Of a DNA stretch of 64,000 nt, positions 49,548-63,699 are shown in pieces (position 1 is the stretch's first letter; each line of letters starts with the position of its first letter). Under the pieces are notes generated by a model. It was not told the origin of the DNA. It ran no database searches and saw only the letters and a list, made by a program, of their open reading frames with translations. The translations under genes were made by a program, and so were the position numbers. Source of the DNA: Eledone cirrhosa (taxonomy: Eukaryota); assembly GCA_964016885.1 (NCBI GenBank), contig OZ024742.1, positions 348,378,001-348,442,000 of the forward strand, read 5' to 3'.

Positions 49548-52500
49548 GATGGCTGCCCCCTCGTTATCAAGTATGGCCATTGTGCAATAAAAAAAAAGAA
49601 AGAATACACATATATATATTAATAATTAACGGTTAACGGTGCTGCCATCGAATGTGGTTTTTTAGTCCAGCCACTAAGCTAAAATGTCTTGCACAGAGTT
49701 GGCAACCAAAACATTCACTGGCAATAGCCGGTAGTGGTTGGATTTCATATACTTTTGCATGTCATTTGAGCCCTCCTGCTGATCCTGTTATTTTCCACAT
49801 TCTTGACAGGTATGATGAGTAGCATCTCTGACAGCAGCCTGGTAGTCAACAACTGGTCTCACTTTATGACTGCGAAGATGACTTTTGAGTCCAGCTTTGC
49901 TGAGGCAAAGTCTTGCACAGATGCTGCATGTACAGTCTTTCCCCATTTATTACGATCAGCAGCTACGCTTTCCCATGTATCAGCAGAGATGTTAAGCATC
50001 TTTTAAGGAGGCTTTCAACGAATCCTTATACCTCTTTTTTGGTTTATGTGGAGGCAATTTTCCTTTAACTAACTCTCCATAAAAGAGTTGTTTTGGTATC
50101 CTAGAATCCTTAATCCTGGCAAGGTGACCACTCGATCAGAGTCTTTGCTTAAGCACAAGAGTTTCTATGCTTTCACACAGAGAGCTTTCCAAAATCTCGG
50201 ACATCACTGATGTGGTCCCTCCAGTGAATGTCATGAATACGTCTGAGACACATCTGATGGAAACGTTCCAACTGTTTAAAGTGGTATCGATATGCGACCC
50301 AGGTCTCACAGGCATAAAGAAGAGAAGCGAGCATACATACCCTGTACACCTTTGTCTTCTTGCATATGTCTCACCAACCCCAGAGGTGCCTTTTTAGCTT
50401 TCTGAAAGCATCACTTGCTTTCCTAATCCTGTGTGGAATTTCATTATCAAGATTGCTGTATTGATTGACAGTGCTTCCCAGGTAGACAAACTGATCAACC
50501 ACTCCAAGTGGTTTACCATACACATAGATATTTGGTTCATTGTACTGCTTACGGATTTCTTGAGACTGACAGTCAATCCTAGGGCAGTGTAAGCATCAGA
50601 AAATGCATTCAATATGTGCTGCATATCAATCTCTGTGTGCGCTACAAGATCGCAATCATCTGCATACAAGAGGTCTCTTATGATAGAGCTAAATACTTTT
50701 GTTTTTGCAGCAAAGTGCCTGATGTTAAATATGCTACCAGAAGTTCGACCGTAGATGTAAACACCATGCTTGCAATTCCTGAATGCAATATAGAAAATCA
50801 TTGCAAAGTATATGTCAAATAGGGTCGGTGCTGGAATTACCCCCCTGTTTCACTCCATTTTTCACTGAGATAGGCTCCGGCATGTTACCTCTCACATTAA
50901 CCCAAGCCTTCATGTCATCACGGAAAGACCTAACCAAAGCAAGGAACTTATTAGGGCAACCAAGTTTCTGGAGAACCTTCCACAATGAATTTCTGTTAAC
51001 AGTATTGAAAGCTTTTGTCAGATCAACAAAAACCTGATACAGATCCAAACCCTGTTCCACACACTTCTCCTGAAGCTGACTAGCTGAGAAGATCATATCA
51101 GTAGTGCCGTGTTCTGCACGAAAACCAGATTAACTTTCAGGAAGAACACAATCTGGAATGTATGTCAGCAGACGGTCCAGAATCACCCTACATAACATTT
51201 TTCCTACGACAGAAAGCAATGATATACCCCTATAGTTTCCACAATCGCCTTGCCTAAGTACAAAGCGAAACCTACAGTCAACACGCCCATCCCACTACCC
51301 CTACACCACCCCTTTCTCTGTAAAGTTATGTTGGTGCCACAACATCCAGTCCTAAATAAATGAGGGCGTGTAGGTGTCACGACAAAAAAACACACAGTCC
51401 ACGCTGTAATGTGGCCGTGTGTAGGTAACACAGTAAAAACCTCCCAGTCCACACTGTAAACGTGGTTGGTGTTAGGACAAACAAAGAGTGAATATGTCGC
51501 AGAAGTCTCTCACCACCATATTTTAAGAGCTCTGCATGTATGCCATCCATACCTGGAAACCTTCCACTGTTCAGCTACAAGACAGCTACTGCAACTTCCT
51601 CTAACGTCGGTGGTTCTGCGAGAGCTACTTTCACAGGTTTTTCAGGGATTAGATTGAGGAAATCTTCATTGACGACAGATGGCTGATTCAAAAGTTCATC
51701 AAAGTGCTCTTGTCACCTTCACACGAAGAAGTTCCCTGCCATCCCTGCTGCAAAGCGGTGTCCCCAGAGAACAAGATGGTCCATAAACTTCATGCAAGAA
51801 ATTGTACAACATTTTTGTGCTATTGGAATCTGATGCAGCTTGTATCTCACCAGCCTTCTCACTCCACTGCTTATCCTTCATCTAAGAGAGCCTCCGCTAC
51901 ACATGTGATTTCACATCCTTGTGTTCCTTATGCAACATATTCTTCTCCTTTGGCTTTGCTGCCAAATAGTGTGACAGAGCATGCCTCTTATCAGCCAACA
52001 AGTCTTCTATATGTTCATCATTTTCTTTAACCAAGTCTTGATGCTTTCTTTGTACCAGTCCCAGAACACGCCACCCAACATCATAAACGGACTTTTTAGG
52101 GGGTGGCCAATCCTCACCAATATCTGCAACATTTATTTCTTCACACTATTACCTCTAAGACAAGCAGCATTCAGTCTTTTAGGCAGGGTAACACCAGCAG
52201 CCTGGTTTTTACATTTTGTAGTTAATTTCACATTTACACGTATCAGGCAGTGGTCCATCCAACACTCAGCCCCACGAAGGACATGAACACACTGCACATC
52301 CCGTCTGTCACACACTCTGACAAGGATGTGGCCCAGATGCCATTCTTTAGATGCAGGATGCATCCATGTGGTCTTAAACTTATTCTTTTGCTGAAACATG
52401 GTATTGGTAACACATAGATCCAGCTCCTCACAAATCTGCAGCAGGAGCATACCATTGCTGTTACACTTTCCCACCCATGCCTTCTGATTACAGTCCATAT

Positions 52501-53000
52501 GTTAAAATCCCTACCCACTCTAGCATTAAAATCACCCAGCACGATAACCTTGTCTGCCTGAGAGATATTTCTTATAACACCTTTCAATGCATGGTGGAAA
52601 GATACTTTTTCTTCATCAACAGAATTCATAGTTGGAGCATACACATTCACCAGGGTCACATACCTTCCTTTGTCCAACAAAATTCTCATGAACATAAGAT
52701 GCTCACTAATCCCCACTGGGAATTCTTCCAACTTATCCACAAGAGCAGTCCTAACAGCAAATGCTATTCCAGCCTCTCTTCTAATCCCTTCATCTCTCCA
52801 TTTCCAAAAGAATGTATATTTTCCACAATATTTCATAAGACGACCATCTCCGGCTAACCCCGTCTTAAATAAAGCAACAATGTCAAGATCATAATGATGA
52901 AGCTCCTTCGCAACAAGAGCGGTCCTTTGTTCAGGACGTTCTCAGGAATCACTTTCAAGCTGTGTCCATAAATTCCAACAGCCAATATTCAATGTTTTGT
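49548..53000 (-). mobile_element. Near full-length degraded RTE (BovB-like) LINE: APE endonuclease plus RT
   Basis: NIGCWN, YAPT, LGDFNARVG, TWMHP, VDLTKAFNTV, GVKQG and LLYADD; many frameshifts. An RTE 3'UTR piece is inserted on + at about 51215-51477. Confidence 0.9.
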
Positions 53001-53341
53001 TTGGTTCTATCACAGTGGCATCTTTCTTGAAAGACTCTTCAACACTTAATTTTAAATTTTTAATTCCTTTTAATTGTAATATTCAACATTTGATAAGATG
53101 GTTTACACTGATACATCAAAACCGGTTATATTTTATATATATATATATATATATTTTATATACATTACGAAACTCCTTTTTTTTTAAAGAATTGTTCCTC
53201 TCATGTTTTCAATAATGTCAATTTGACGAATCAAAGAAGAAAAATAGAAAAACAAATCCTTAAATATATTTTCTGTGCTATTTTCAATTCCACTTTTTCT
53301 TTATAACCCCTGTTTTGTATAGAACCTAGCTCCCTTTTCAA

Positions 53342-53390
<49 letters not shown>

Positions 53391-53393
<3 letters not shown>

Positions 53394-53643
53394 TCCTTGA
53401 GCAAGACACTTTATTTCACATTGCTCCAGTTTACTCAGCTGTAGAAATGAGATGATAGGGACCCCAGTCCCTATCATTCCACTGCAAAGTGGTCGTGGAG
53501 GTGCCACAGCAAAAAAGCACCCAGCACTCACTGTAAATGAGGTTGGTGTTAGGAAGGGCATCCAGCTGTAGAAATCAAGCCAGAATCAGTTCCCGTCCCA
53601 CCCTTGCAAGCAGGGAAAAGTGGATGTAAAATGAAATGATGAT
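53391..53643 (+). mobile_element. 5'-truncated CORE-type SINE
   Basis: Matches the family. Confidence 0.85.
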
Positions 53644-54010
53644 ATATATATATATATTTAATATACAAAATGGCTTCTACAGGACTAGAATTGTTTCATT
53701 CGAAGGAAATCATCAGAGACGAGCTTGAATATTGAAGCATATCTGAGGATTTTTTTTATTCCAGAGTCAGGTTCGATCACTAATAGATTGTTACTTGAGC
53801 TGATCAACAGTGAAACATGTGTAATGTTATTAAATATGTTATGATGCAACACTGATTCTTTGTTCCTTTATTCTTATACTATATATACATACATATATGT
53901 GTGTTTGTAAGTACAGATTAAAGTTTAAGCAAAGAATCGTTGCGTTCAGCCTTTTACGGGATCTTCTGAAACTTTTTGCTGTACGGGTTTATATATATAT
54001 ATTTTATATA

Positions 54011-54054
<44 letters not shown>

Positions 54055-54164
54055 CTTATCGAGGACTCATCGGATTTTAGTCTTCTCATTTATTATTACT
54101 ATATATATATATATATTGTATGCACACACACACACACTCTCTTACTTACATATACACACACATA

Positions 54165-55085
54165 TCCTCTTAGGGTAGTTGTTGGCAAGATGGTTGATAA
54201 TCTTGTGGGTATCTACCAAGTATCTTGCCAGACAACGAAGCTTTAATGTATCCATACCCAGGGAAGCAAGACATTCAGAGTATGGTAGATGCCTGATGGA
54301 GGGCATTTGTTTGGTTGCACATTTCTGAACAGTTCCCTGATCAATATTCTGAGCAAGATAGGGGTTCCAGACTGGTGATGCAAATTCTAAGTGTGGATGC
54401 ACCATAGCTATATACAGCTTTAAATAGATAGCTGGAGAGTAGCTGTCAAAGGTCTTGCTGAGTGATGCTAAGACACCCTTGGCCTTCTTGTCAATTTTAG
54501 AGATGTGTTTTGTCCAACGCAAATCACTGTTGACAATAATGCCAAAGCCACGTTCACAAGACTTCTTGAGATTTGTATTGTGGAGGAAGTATATGAAAGC
54601 TGGGTTTTTTCTTTTCAAAATACATGGCAGTACACTTGACCACAGCCAGCTTGAGTTGCCAATCCATAATCCTTTGCTGCATTGTGTTCAGGTCTGATTG
54701 CAGGATCTGTCCTTTTTATTTCAAAGTACAGCTTGATGTCATCTACATATTTCAGCAGTGACATTCTTCAAGTTGGCATCTATGTCATTAATATATGCAA
54801 CAAACCAAGAATAGATCCCTATGGTACACCAGATGTCATCTCATAGGGTGAAGACTGCTGTCCAAGAACCGTGACTACCTCTTTTCAACTGAGAATGAAG
54901 GACTTTAACAAGTTATAAAGATCATCTCTCACATCAGAAAGTTTTGCCATAAGACTTTAGTGTGGCACAGAATTAAAAACTTTAGCAAAGTCAAAACAGA
55001 TAACATCCACCCATGAGCCGCCATCAGTGATTCGGGTAATGTCTTCAAAAAACTCGATGAATAGGCCACAGCAGCTGGAGTTTGG
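54165..55085 (-). mobile_element. CR1/L2-like LINE RT fragment
   Basis: DFAKVFNSVPH, YINDID, YVDDIKLY and LYIAMVHPHLEFASPVWNPY. Confidence 0.85.
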
Positions 55086-55856
55086 CATTTACTGATGTGA
55101 TGATGCCATACATGTATTACAGTTGTCTAAATTATATTTATCTTGGTTGACTGGTACTAGAATTTTCCAAGGCCAAGGATGCTGGAAACTAATCATCCAG
55201 TGAAGATTTTTATTTTCTGTATAACAGCACACATGCACACATGTCCCGCTGTAAGTTGAAGACACAACCAACACCCTAGTGTTGTAGGCTGGTGCCACGA
55301 TAAAATCCACCTAGATACTTGATAAAGTGATAGTGTGGTGCCCCAATAAATTACTCTACATTATAAAGTGGAAGTACTGGTGCCATGATAAAAATCACCC
55401 AGTTAACCCAATAAGTTGATTATGCTGGGGCCACAATTATAAGCACCCATCCCACACTAAAAAGTAGTAGTATTAGTGCCGTGATAAAAAATACCTAGTT
55501 TACTCTGTAAAGTGGTAGTGGTGGTGCTATGATAAAATTCTCCCAGAAGATTCTGTAAAATGGTTGGTTGGCATCAGGTAGAATATTCAGTCAGAGAAAC
55601 CATAAATGGAGCTAGACATAGACACAGAATATGGCAATATGTCTAACCCACACCAGCATAGATACTAGACATTAAATGGTAATGATGATGATGACACATA
55701 TACAGACATACTGAGTGACACAGACACACACACATATATACATGTGTGTGTCTGTATGTTCATTAAACCGTATTATTTAGTCTTTCAACAGAAGAATCAT
55801 TAAAACTGGTTGGATAAACAATATTATTTCCCTCCATAGCATTGAAGCAATGACAG

Positions 55857-55859
<3 letters not shown>

Positions 55860-55932
<73 letters not shown>
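55860..55932. repeat. (GA)n microsatellite
   Basis: Direct reading of the sequence. Confidence 0.95.
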
Positions 55933-55935
<3 letters not shown>

Positions 55936-56220
55936 TAACAACAACAATGACATAGACAATAATAACAACAGAGACAACAACAATAACAGCAACAATTCCA
56001 ACAACAGCAGTCGGTCATAATAACTTTTTTTGGGGGGGGGGGGAGGGTTGATATCAGGAATGTGTTGAGAGAGAGAAAATGATGATGATGATGATGATAA
56101 TGGTGATGATGAGGGGGGGGGGGGGTAAAGTGGTAGTTAGTACAAAGACTTGTGTGTTTGTTTATTCTGTTTTTATTTTTTTTGTTTTCCAGACAATTTT
56201 CTTATCACCTTATTGAGTCA

Positions 56221-56410
56221 CTAAACCACACCCATCCAGTGTTGCACACACAGCCTTACCTGGGGTGTTAAGGTTTCAAGGTTGTTAAATGTGCATGAAC
56301 CATTGGGGCAAACTAGAAGGTGCTCCATAGTGTGTAATTGCCCACATTGGCAGTTGGAATAATCATCAGTGGCATATCCCCATTTCTGAAGGTTGGCTAC
56401 ACCACATGCT
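56221..56410 (-). mobile_element. LINE C-terminal CCHC fragment (Ingi/I-group like)
   Basis: LQKWGY...CQCGQLHTMEHLLVCP. Confidence 0.6.
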
Positions 56411-56495
56411 ATTTTTCTGGTCAAAAAGGGGTGCACATTATACATGAATGAGCACAATACACAGAAAAATACAGTCTTTAGGTCAAGTCTTCAGT

Positions 56496-56730
56496 TTAAC
56501 CCTTTTGATACCAACCCACCTAAAACCAGCTCTGCTTCTATGGAAGAAAACCATTCATTTTAAAGTGTTCCTACTTAAATTAATTCTAATATACTTTCTA
56601 TAAGAACCTTTTGATAAGCTGTGTTACAAATACTATCTTAATGAAATAATTAGTAAATCCTTCTAAATTCTTCATTAATTTAATTCAAACACAATGTATT
56701 ATATTAGAAATATGGCAATGAAAGGGTTAA
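56496..56730. mobile_element. Complete piggyBac-type MITE family 2
   Basis: TTAA|CCCTTTTGATACCA...TGGCAATGAAAGGG|TTAA. Confidence 0.8.
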
Positions 56731-56873
56731 GAATAGCTTCTTCTCTCCATCTCACCCTGCCTCAGAAGCTTTTACAACTATCACAGGCTCTACTCTTTCT
56801 TCCCTGACTAAAGAAGTTTTTTATATATATATCATGAAAAATGGAAGTGAAGTAAAATATAACAACAGTTTAC

Positions 56874-56994
<121 letters not shown>

Positions 56995-57099
56995 CTATAT
57001 ACACACTGAAACTAAAAATTCCTAACAAGGACTGAACATAATAGAATCAAATTCCCATTGTCACTGCCACCATCTTTCTCGCTCTCCCCATCCCTTACT

Positions 57100-57312
57100 A
57101 TTATAAGCAAATGGGGGCCCACACAGTTGCAGCCCCGGTGGACAGAATAAAGAAGGCATTTCCCCATAGGATGGAGAGGGAGACACGTTAGAAGAGCTAT
57201 TCCAGCTCGCTAGGCTAACACCTGCAGGTAGCCAACTCCATGCCAATTGTGGGGAGTAGGGAGGTTGTCCTAGGGCCAACCAGAAGTCTCCACTGCTACG
57301 GGCTCAATACAA
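57100..57312 (-). mobile_element. CRE-clade LINE C-terminal endonuclease fragment
   Basis: IEPVAVETSG...; homologous to 63700-63880. Confidence 0.65.
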
Positions 57313-58214
57313 CAATCTAATAAATATTATTCTACTAATAATTGATCTCATATTGATCTCGTATTGACATACAAACTAATAAGATTAATATCGGTTGCTT
57401 TCTGTGTTGTATCTATTTTTAAAACCTACTTTTATTTCTGGTTATTTGGCAGTAAATTGGCAGCAAATCATTAAAGCATTGGATTAAATGCCTTGATATT
57501 TGTTCTGGCTCTTTGAGCTCTGAATTGAAATCCTGAAGAGGTCAACTTTGTATTTCATCCTTTCAGGGTTGATAATTAAAATACCAATTTAGAGGTGATG
57601 GATTGGTGGAATTGTTAAAGAATCAGATAGGATAATTTGTGGTACGTTTATTAGTTCTGTATGTTCAGAGTTCAAATATGGCCTTCCGTCATCTAAATAG
57701 TAATGATACTTCTGCCAGAAGTTGCAACAGACAAAAATTCCACAGATACATGTACCTCTGACATAATTCTCAGGAAGATTCAGTATGACACAGTGTTACA
57801 AGGTTGGTCCCTTGAATTAAAAGTATAGTTCATCTGACAGCCTTTCAAACAGTTTCTCTTTAATTTCAACACAAGACTGGAGTGATGCCAAGGTTATGGT
57901 AAATGACATTTTCCCAAGATGCCATACTCTGGGACCAAACTTGGAAGCTTGTAATTGTGATGTCAATTTCTTAACCATTCATAGTTAAAGTTTGTACCAA
58001 TCTCAGAGGCTCAACAGGCTGGAGCTTGCCCTAGTTTTATTAATGTTAATTGACTGAGAATACAAGACTTCCAACTGGAAAAGACATGAGTCTGTCATAA
58101 TGGTAACCCCAACTGCTGCTTATACTCATTATCCTTTTTTACAACTGAGTTGACTGGGCAACATGAAATGAAGTATCTTGATGTAATATAACATCCACTT
58201 AGGGAATCCAACCC

Positions 58215-58580
58215 ATGCTGAAGGGTCTTTGGAGTAACATTACTTGATAGAGGGCATAGCTTGGAGATGAGAAAGTCACTCCAGGTAGAGCCGCTACTTC
58301 TCCGAGTTGAGAGATCACAGCTCTGGTACTATGGACATGTGGTTAGAATGTCTCAGGAAAGAATCGCTGGACAGATTTTTTTGAGCAAAACAAAATGGCA
58401 GGAGACCCAGGGGTAGATCCCAAGCAAGATGGTCGGATAACATCCATAAGATCAGCTGGTCTCACTTGGGAATGTAGCCGGATCTGTTGGAAACAATTGC
58501 TTCTGACAGGATCTGCTGCACGGAGTGTTTGAAGACTCTGTCCCCACAACTCTCTCAGGAATAAGAAGGTGAAGAAGAAG
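58215..58580 (+). mobile_element. RTE (Expander/Rex3-like) C-terminal fragment
   Basis: GVTLLDR...VEPLLLRVERSQLWYYGHVVRM...RRPRGR. Confidence 0.75.
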
Positions 58581-59241
58581 ATATATATTTATGTATTTTA
58601 TATATGTAAATATGTATATACATATATATAATATATAAAAATATATATAATATATACATATATACACATAGTATATATGCACACACACACACATGCACAC
58701 ATATATATATATGAATATGGTACCAGGAAAAAATCAGGAAAAACTAGGCATGTAGATGTGGATAGATGGAGAAATTTATTGTGTTCAATCTTTAACATGT
58801 GTTTCTGTACAATTACATAACAGTCTACATCTGCTGACTACATTATACAATGTTCATTCCTATGCATTATGTGACTGAGATTACACTTTATCAGGAAGAG
58901 GAAAAGAAAAACAGATTTAACAGGGAAGAAGAAAAACTGGTTATATTCCTTGTTGTAGGTACCGCTTTTCTGCAATAAGCATTACTTACTGCTGACAGCT
59001 TTATCAACAGTAATAACTAATCACTTCCAGTTGTTCTGCATATGCATGTACCATTGTAACCATATTGAAACAGACGTAGAAATAAAAGAATGATCCAGGT
59101 TAATATTCCAGACCAGAATCCAGATCTGCCTGATCCTCAGACCAGTGCTATCACAACAAAATCCACATCGGATCTGTCAACAAACTAGCCAGTCACAAAC
59201 AAGTAGAGAGAATGTCCAATCAGGGCCCCATATATATATAT

Positions 59242-59434
59242 AACGAAGGAAGTGTGGTAAGGAACCAGATGGACCATAGCGCACTAGAGTACTCAATACA
59301 TAGGATAGTAGAGTGGGTAATAGGAAAATGTTTAACTCCGACAGCAGAGCTCAAGCCGTTTCGATGGCTATTTCTGGACAGAAATAGCCGTCGAAACGGC
59401 TTGAGCTCTGCCGTCGGGGTTAAACATTTTCCTA

Positions 59435-59435
<1 letters not shown>
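59242..59435. mobile_element. Palindromic element in (AT)n (family of 43833-44027)
   Basis: Near-perfect ~55-bp arms at 59320-59435 plus the shared tail. Confidence 0.65.
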
Positions 59436-59467
<32 letters not shown>

Positions 59468-59778
59468 CCAGGGAGTGTAACATGAAGTTACTGTAGGTTC
59501 ACCCAGTTGAGCACTTGATGTTTAGGTTCACGTCAGTGACGAGGTGTAGAGATAGACAGAGTATAATATAATAATACAAGGATAATTTGTTAAGCCTTCA
59601 TTACGTTTATTGATTGTGATGCGCATTTCACTATTAATCAGCTCAAGGTTCGATCTGTATCGATCTGAAATCGAAAGCTTCTCGGACCTCTGCTGTAGTG
59701 TCATTACTTTCCATATAAAGTGTGAAACTAATAAGACTTTTTGTATCTCTGTTTTGCCATTTCCTTTCTCCCCCCCCC

Positions 59779-59831
<53 letters not shown>

Positions 59832-59936
59832 CAGTTTCCCCTCAAAAATGTATACACACATCAACACCATTCTAATCAAAGTAGGTATAATTGTTGGAGG
59901 CACCCTCTATATATGTGTATATATATATGTATATAT

Positions 59937-60041
<105 letters not shown>

Positions 60042-60741
60042 CATTATCGGAGAAAGCTTTTAGCGATACTCCGGCCAAATTTCAACTCACTCAACAAACA
60101 TTAGGAAATAAGTGAGTTTATTCCTAATTAAACGTTCGGTGTGCTAACTAAATGTATTGTGTGGAAAATTGGCTGTATTATTTCAAATGAGATATATCGA
60201 ATATATCTCTTCTCAGACGGACGTCTCGTCTCATTATAAGATTCCTACAATGTAGGTGAAATTATACCAATTTATGTAGGAGCTTGTTTAGGATCAACAG
60301 ATAATATTCAAGTGGGCTCCTATAATTCATCAGTGGGTGCCCAATAATACTAATATTGATAATCTAACCAATATCAGTATTTAGGGTTAATCACCATCAG
60401 TGCCTGAGGTATCTGTTAGGTTGCTACTCCAGCAGTTCTAAAGAAATACTCAAACTGATTCAAAAATGAGGAAGTATATTACCGCCAAAAAAACAATACA
60501 TGCGCAGGACAATGAATTCTAAAAGGAATTCAGGCCACGTGCAAGAACTCAATTGGAATTTGAAAAAATATCTATGTGTGTACAACGTTTGATGACACAG
60601 ATATTTTCTCGGGCAAAATAACAGAATGAGATACAAGAAACAATCAATATTCATATCTAAAAAAAATAAACAAAGAGAGTTCAAACCTTATATCGGGAAT
60701 TTCATATCTGTTGCACCAAGAGTAAATAAATAAGTTATATA

Positions 60742-60772
<31 letters not shown>

Positions 60773-60773
<1 letters not shown>

Positions 60774-60990
60774 ACTGTTTTTACTTTAGAAACAAGGCCT
60801 GCAATTTTCGGAGGGTGGGGGAAGTCGATTAATCGAACCCAGTGCATTACTGGTGCTTTATTTTAACGACCCCGTAAGAATAAAAGGCAAATCTAAGCTC
60901 GGTGGGATTTGAACTCAGAATGTAAAGGGACGTGACTCTATGCCGTGAAACATGGTGTCCGACGCTCCACCGACACTGCCAATCCACCAT
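60773..60990 (-). mobile_element. SINE family B
   Basis: Reverse complement matches 22516-22705. Confidence 0.8.
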
Positions 60991-61329
60991 AACGTTTGTT
61001 TGAAACTATACTGAAATATATTTTTCTTTGTTCATAATTAAAATAAATTTTTAAAAGATTTGGGTTTTCTTTCTATCATTCAAAAATATAATACGATGTA
61101 TGATGTGAAGGAGATTTGGCTGTTATATTTAGCATTTTCTTTTATATTAGTTTCAATGTACATCTGCCATTTCTAGCATTTCTGTTAACCATTTATATGT
61201 CAACGAGCAGTGACGAAAGTTTCATATTTATGTTTAGCATATATGGACTAATGACATACAGGGATAAATGTTTGAGTAGCGTAGGAGAAATAACTTTTGA
61301 CAGGGCAAATGTAGGATTAGAAACCAGGA

Positions 61330-61445
61330 CTCTATCGAGTAATGTTACTCCAGAGAACCTTCAGGGGAAACCCATTTTGGCCGCTTGTATTTGCAATTGT
61401 ATTCTTTCGGTCATTACCCTAGATTCATAAACATTGGTAAGGGTT
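61330..61445 (-). mobile_element. RTE (Expander-like) fragment
   Basis: ESRVMTERIQLQIQAAKMGF..SGVTLLDRV. Confidence 0.6.
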
Positions 61446-61544
61446 AGCACTAATACCGAATTAAAGAGATCAATTTTGGATTTTACGCATATAAAGTGTG
61501 AAACTGATAAGACATTTTGTACCTCTGTTTTGTCGTTTCCTTGA

Positions 61545-61613
<69 letters not shown>

Positions 61614-61643
61614 AGATCAAAAGATGGTTAACAGAGTTCCATG

Positions 61644-61710
61644 TATTTTATTATGCGCATTTCAAAAACAAATATCATGGGATGATACTTGCGTTCTCAT
61701 CAGATAAAAT
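61644..61710 (-). ncRNA. Minimal type I hammerhead ribozyme (left arm of palindrome)
   Basis: Reverse-complement mirror of 61716-61786. Confidence 0.7.
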
Positions 61711-61715
61711 CTCCC

Positions 61716-61786
61716 TATTTTATCTGATGAGAACGCAAATATCATCCCATGATGATATTTGTTTTTGAAATGCGCATAATAAAATA
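61716..61786 (+). ncRNA. Minimal type I hammerhead ribozyme (right arm of palindrome)
   Basis: tattttat-CTGATGA-g-stem II-GAAA-tgcgca-TA|ataaaata; helix III is the palindrome ATGCGCAT. Confidence 0.75.
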
Positions 61787-61905
61787 CATGGAACTCTTTT
61801 AACCATCTTTTGATCTTATATTATTTATACTCCAGTCCTATAAACTGTTGAGTGCTACTTATCCGATATTTGCATTGCTTTATTGTGCTACAATAAAACT
61901 CACCT

Positions 61906-61976
<71 letters not shown>

Positions 61977-61987
61977 ACACATACACA

Positions 61988-63552
61988 CGAAAAGTACCTA
62001 GCTAAAAGTAAGCCGCTCTACCTGGCATTTGTCAATCTGGAAAAAGCCTTCGACAGAGTGCCCCGTGCTATAATCTGGTGGCCTCTTAGAAAACTAGGAG
62101 TAGATGAATGGCTTGTGTAAGCTGTACAAGCCATGTATAGGGGAGCAGTCAGCAAAGTTAGAGTTAACAATGACTATAGTGAGGAATTTAGCATACAGGT
62201 CGGTGTCCACCAGGGCTCTGTTCTTAGCCCTCTTCTATTTATTATAGTATTGCAGCTATAAAAGAGTTTAAGACCGGATGCCCATGGGAACTTCTGTACA
62301 CTTATAGCTGAATATATGGCGGAACTAAAGAAGAAATTCCAAAAATGGAAGAAGGGACTAGAAAGATGGGGGTCTCAAAGTCAACATGACAAAGACTAAG
62401 GTCCTCGTAAGTAGACAAGAAAACAGAACCTAGATCCCCTCAGGGAAATGGCCTTGCTCAGTTTGCAGGAAAGGTGTAGGTAGGAATACCATCCTCTAGC
62501 CCAAATGCAAACTATGAGTACACAAGAGATGTAGTGGGATCTCAGGAAGCTTAGTTAGGAATGTAGGCTTTACAAGTAGCAGCTACACAGGGACAGTAAG
62601 CAGCAACCAGCCACAGGAAACAAGCACTACCAAATTCTGGGAGTGCTCTGTAGAAACAGTAGACAGCTTCTGCTACCTAGGTGACCGAATTAACCACAGA
62701 GATGGGTGTTCTGAAAGTACAGTAACCAGGGTAAGAATGGGGTGGAAGAAGTTCATGGAGTTACTGCCACTGCTAGCTGCAAAAGGCTTTTCCTGCAAAA
62801 TGAAAGGCAGACTGTATGATGCGTGCATGCGAACAGCAATGTTGAATGGTAGTGAGACCTGGGTGCTGTGTGTAAAAGACTTGTATAGATTAGAAAGAAA
62901 CGAAGCTTGCATGCTTCGATGGATGTGTAATAGTAATATAAGCGACTGGCAAAGCTTAAACGAATTGAGAGAGAGACTGAGCATAAGAGGAATCAATGCT
63001 GTGTGCAGGAGAGGAGGATGCATTGGTATGGACATGTGATACGTATGAATGATGACAGTTGCATAAAAAGGGGAAGAACACTAAAAGTTGATACAAGCCA
63101 TGGAGTGGGGTGATACAAGAAGACGTGGGGTGCGGTGATAAAAGTGGACCTTACCTAATTGCACCTCTAAACAGCGATGACACAGGATCGTGACCTCTGG
63201 CGTCACGCAGTAATACAGAAGAATCGACTTCCCACGGGAACAAGCGTAAGCCGAAGCATATAGACAATATACCCCGATGCCCTCCCACTGCAAAGTGGTC
63301 GTGGACAACAAAGCACCCAGACCACACTGTAAAGTGGTCATGTAGGCACCATGAAAAAAAAAGTACCCAGCACTCACTGTAAATGAGGTTGGTATTAGGA
63401 AGGGCATCCAGCTCTAGAAATCAAGCCAAAATCAGTTCCAGTATGAGCAAGGCAAGGTCACCCGACCTAACATTACCCACAGCAGGACAACCCGTCTAAC
63501 CCATACTAGCGTGGAAGAATGGACGTAAAACGGTGATGATGATGATGATGAT
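61988..63552 (+). mobile_element. Degraded 5'-truncated RTE LINE
   Basis: LEKAFDRVP, GVHQGSVLSP and GWKKFMELLPLL; (GAT)n tail. Confidence 0.92.
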
Positions 63553-63650
63553 ATATATATATATATATATATATGGGCCTTCCAATTTCATTTTACATTA
63601 TTTACATATCAGTGTATATTTTAATTATTTAAAAATTACTTTTAAGTGAA

Positions 63651-63680
63651 CGTGACCCAACGAGTCACGGGTGGTCTAGT
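63651..63680 (+). mobile_element. Helitron-like 3' terminus
   Basis: Hairpin cgtgac-N7-gtcacg followed 6 nt later by CTAG|T. Confidence 0.45.
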
Positions 63681-63699
63681 TTCTTAATAAAAATGTAAT

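Noticed and set aside
53790-53880. Further hammerheads here and at 59560-59650
   Set aside because: The two segments are related and have GAAA plus a palindrome-like segment, but no intact CUGANGA core.
55765-55837. Minus-strand MEGNNIVYPTSFNDSSVERLNNT resembling a receptor N-terminus
   Set aside because: Very short, weak donor (GTTTAA) and no downstream exons found.
58800-59220. Possible minus-strand exon in unique-looking sequence
   Set aside because: A GTAAGT donor exists, but there is no convincing ORF or homology.
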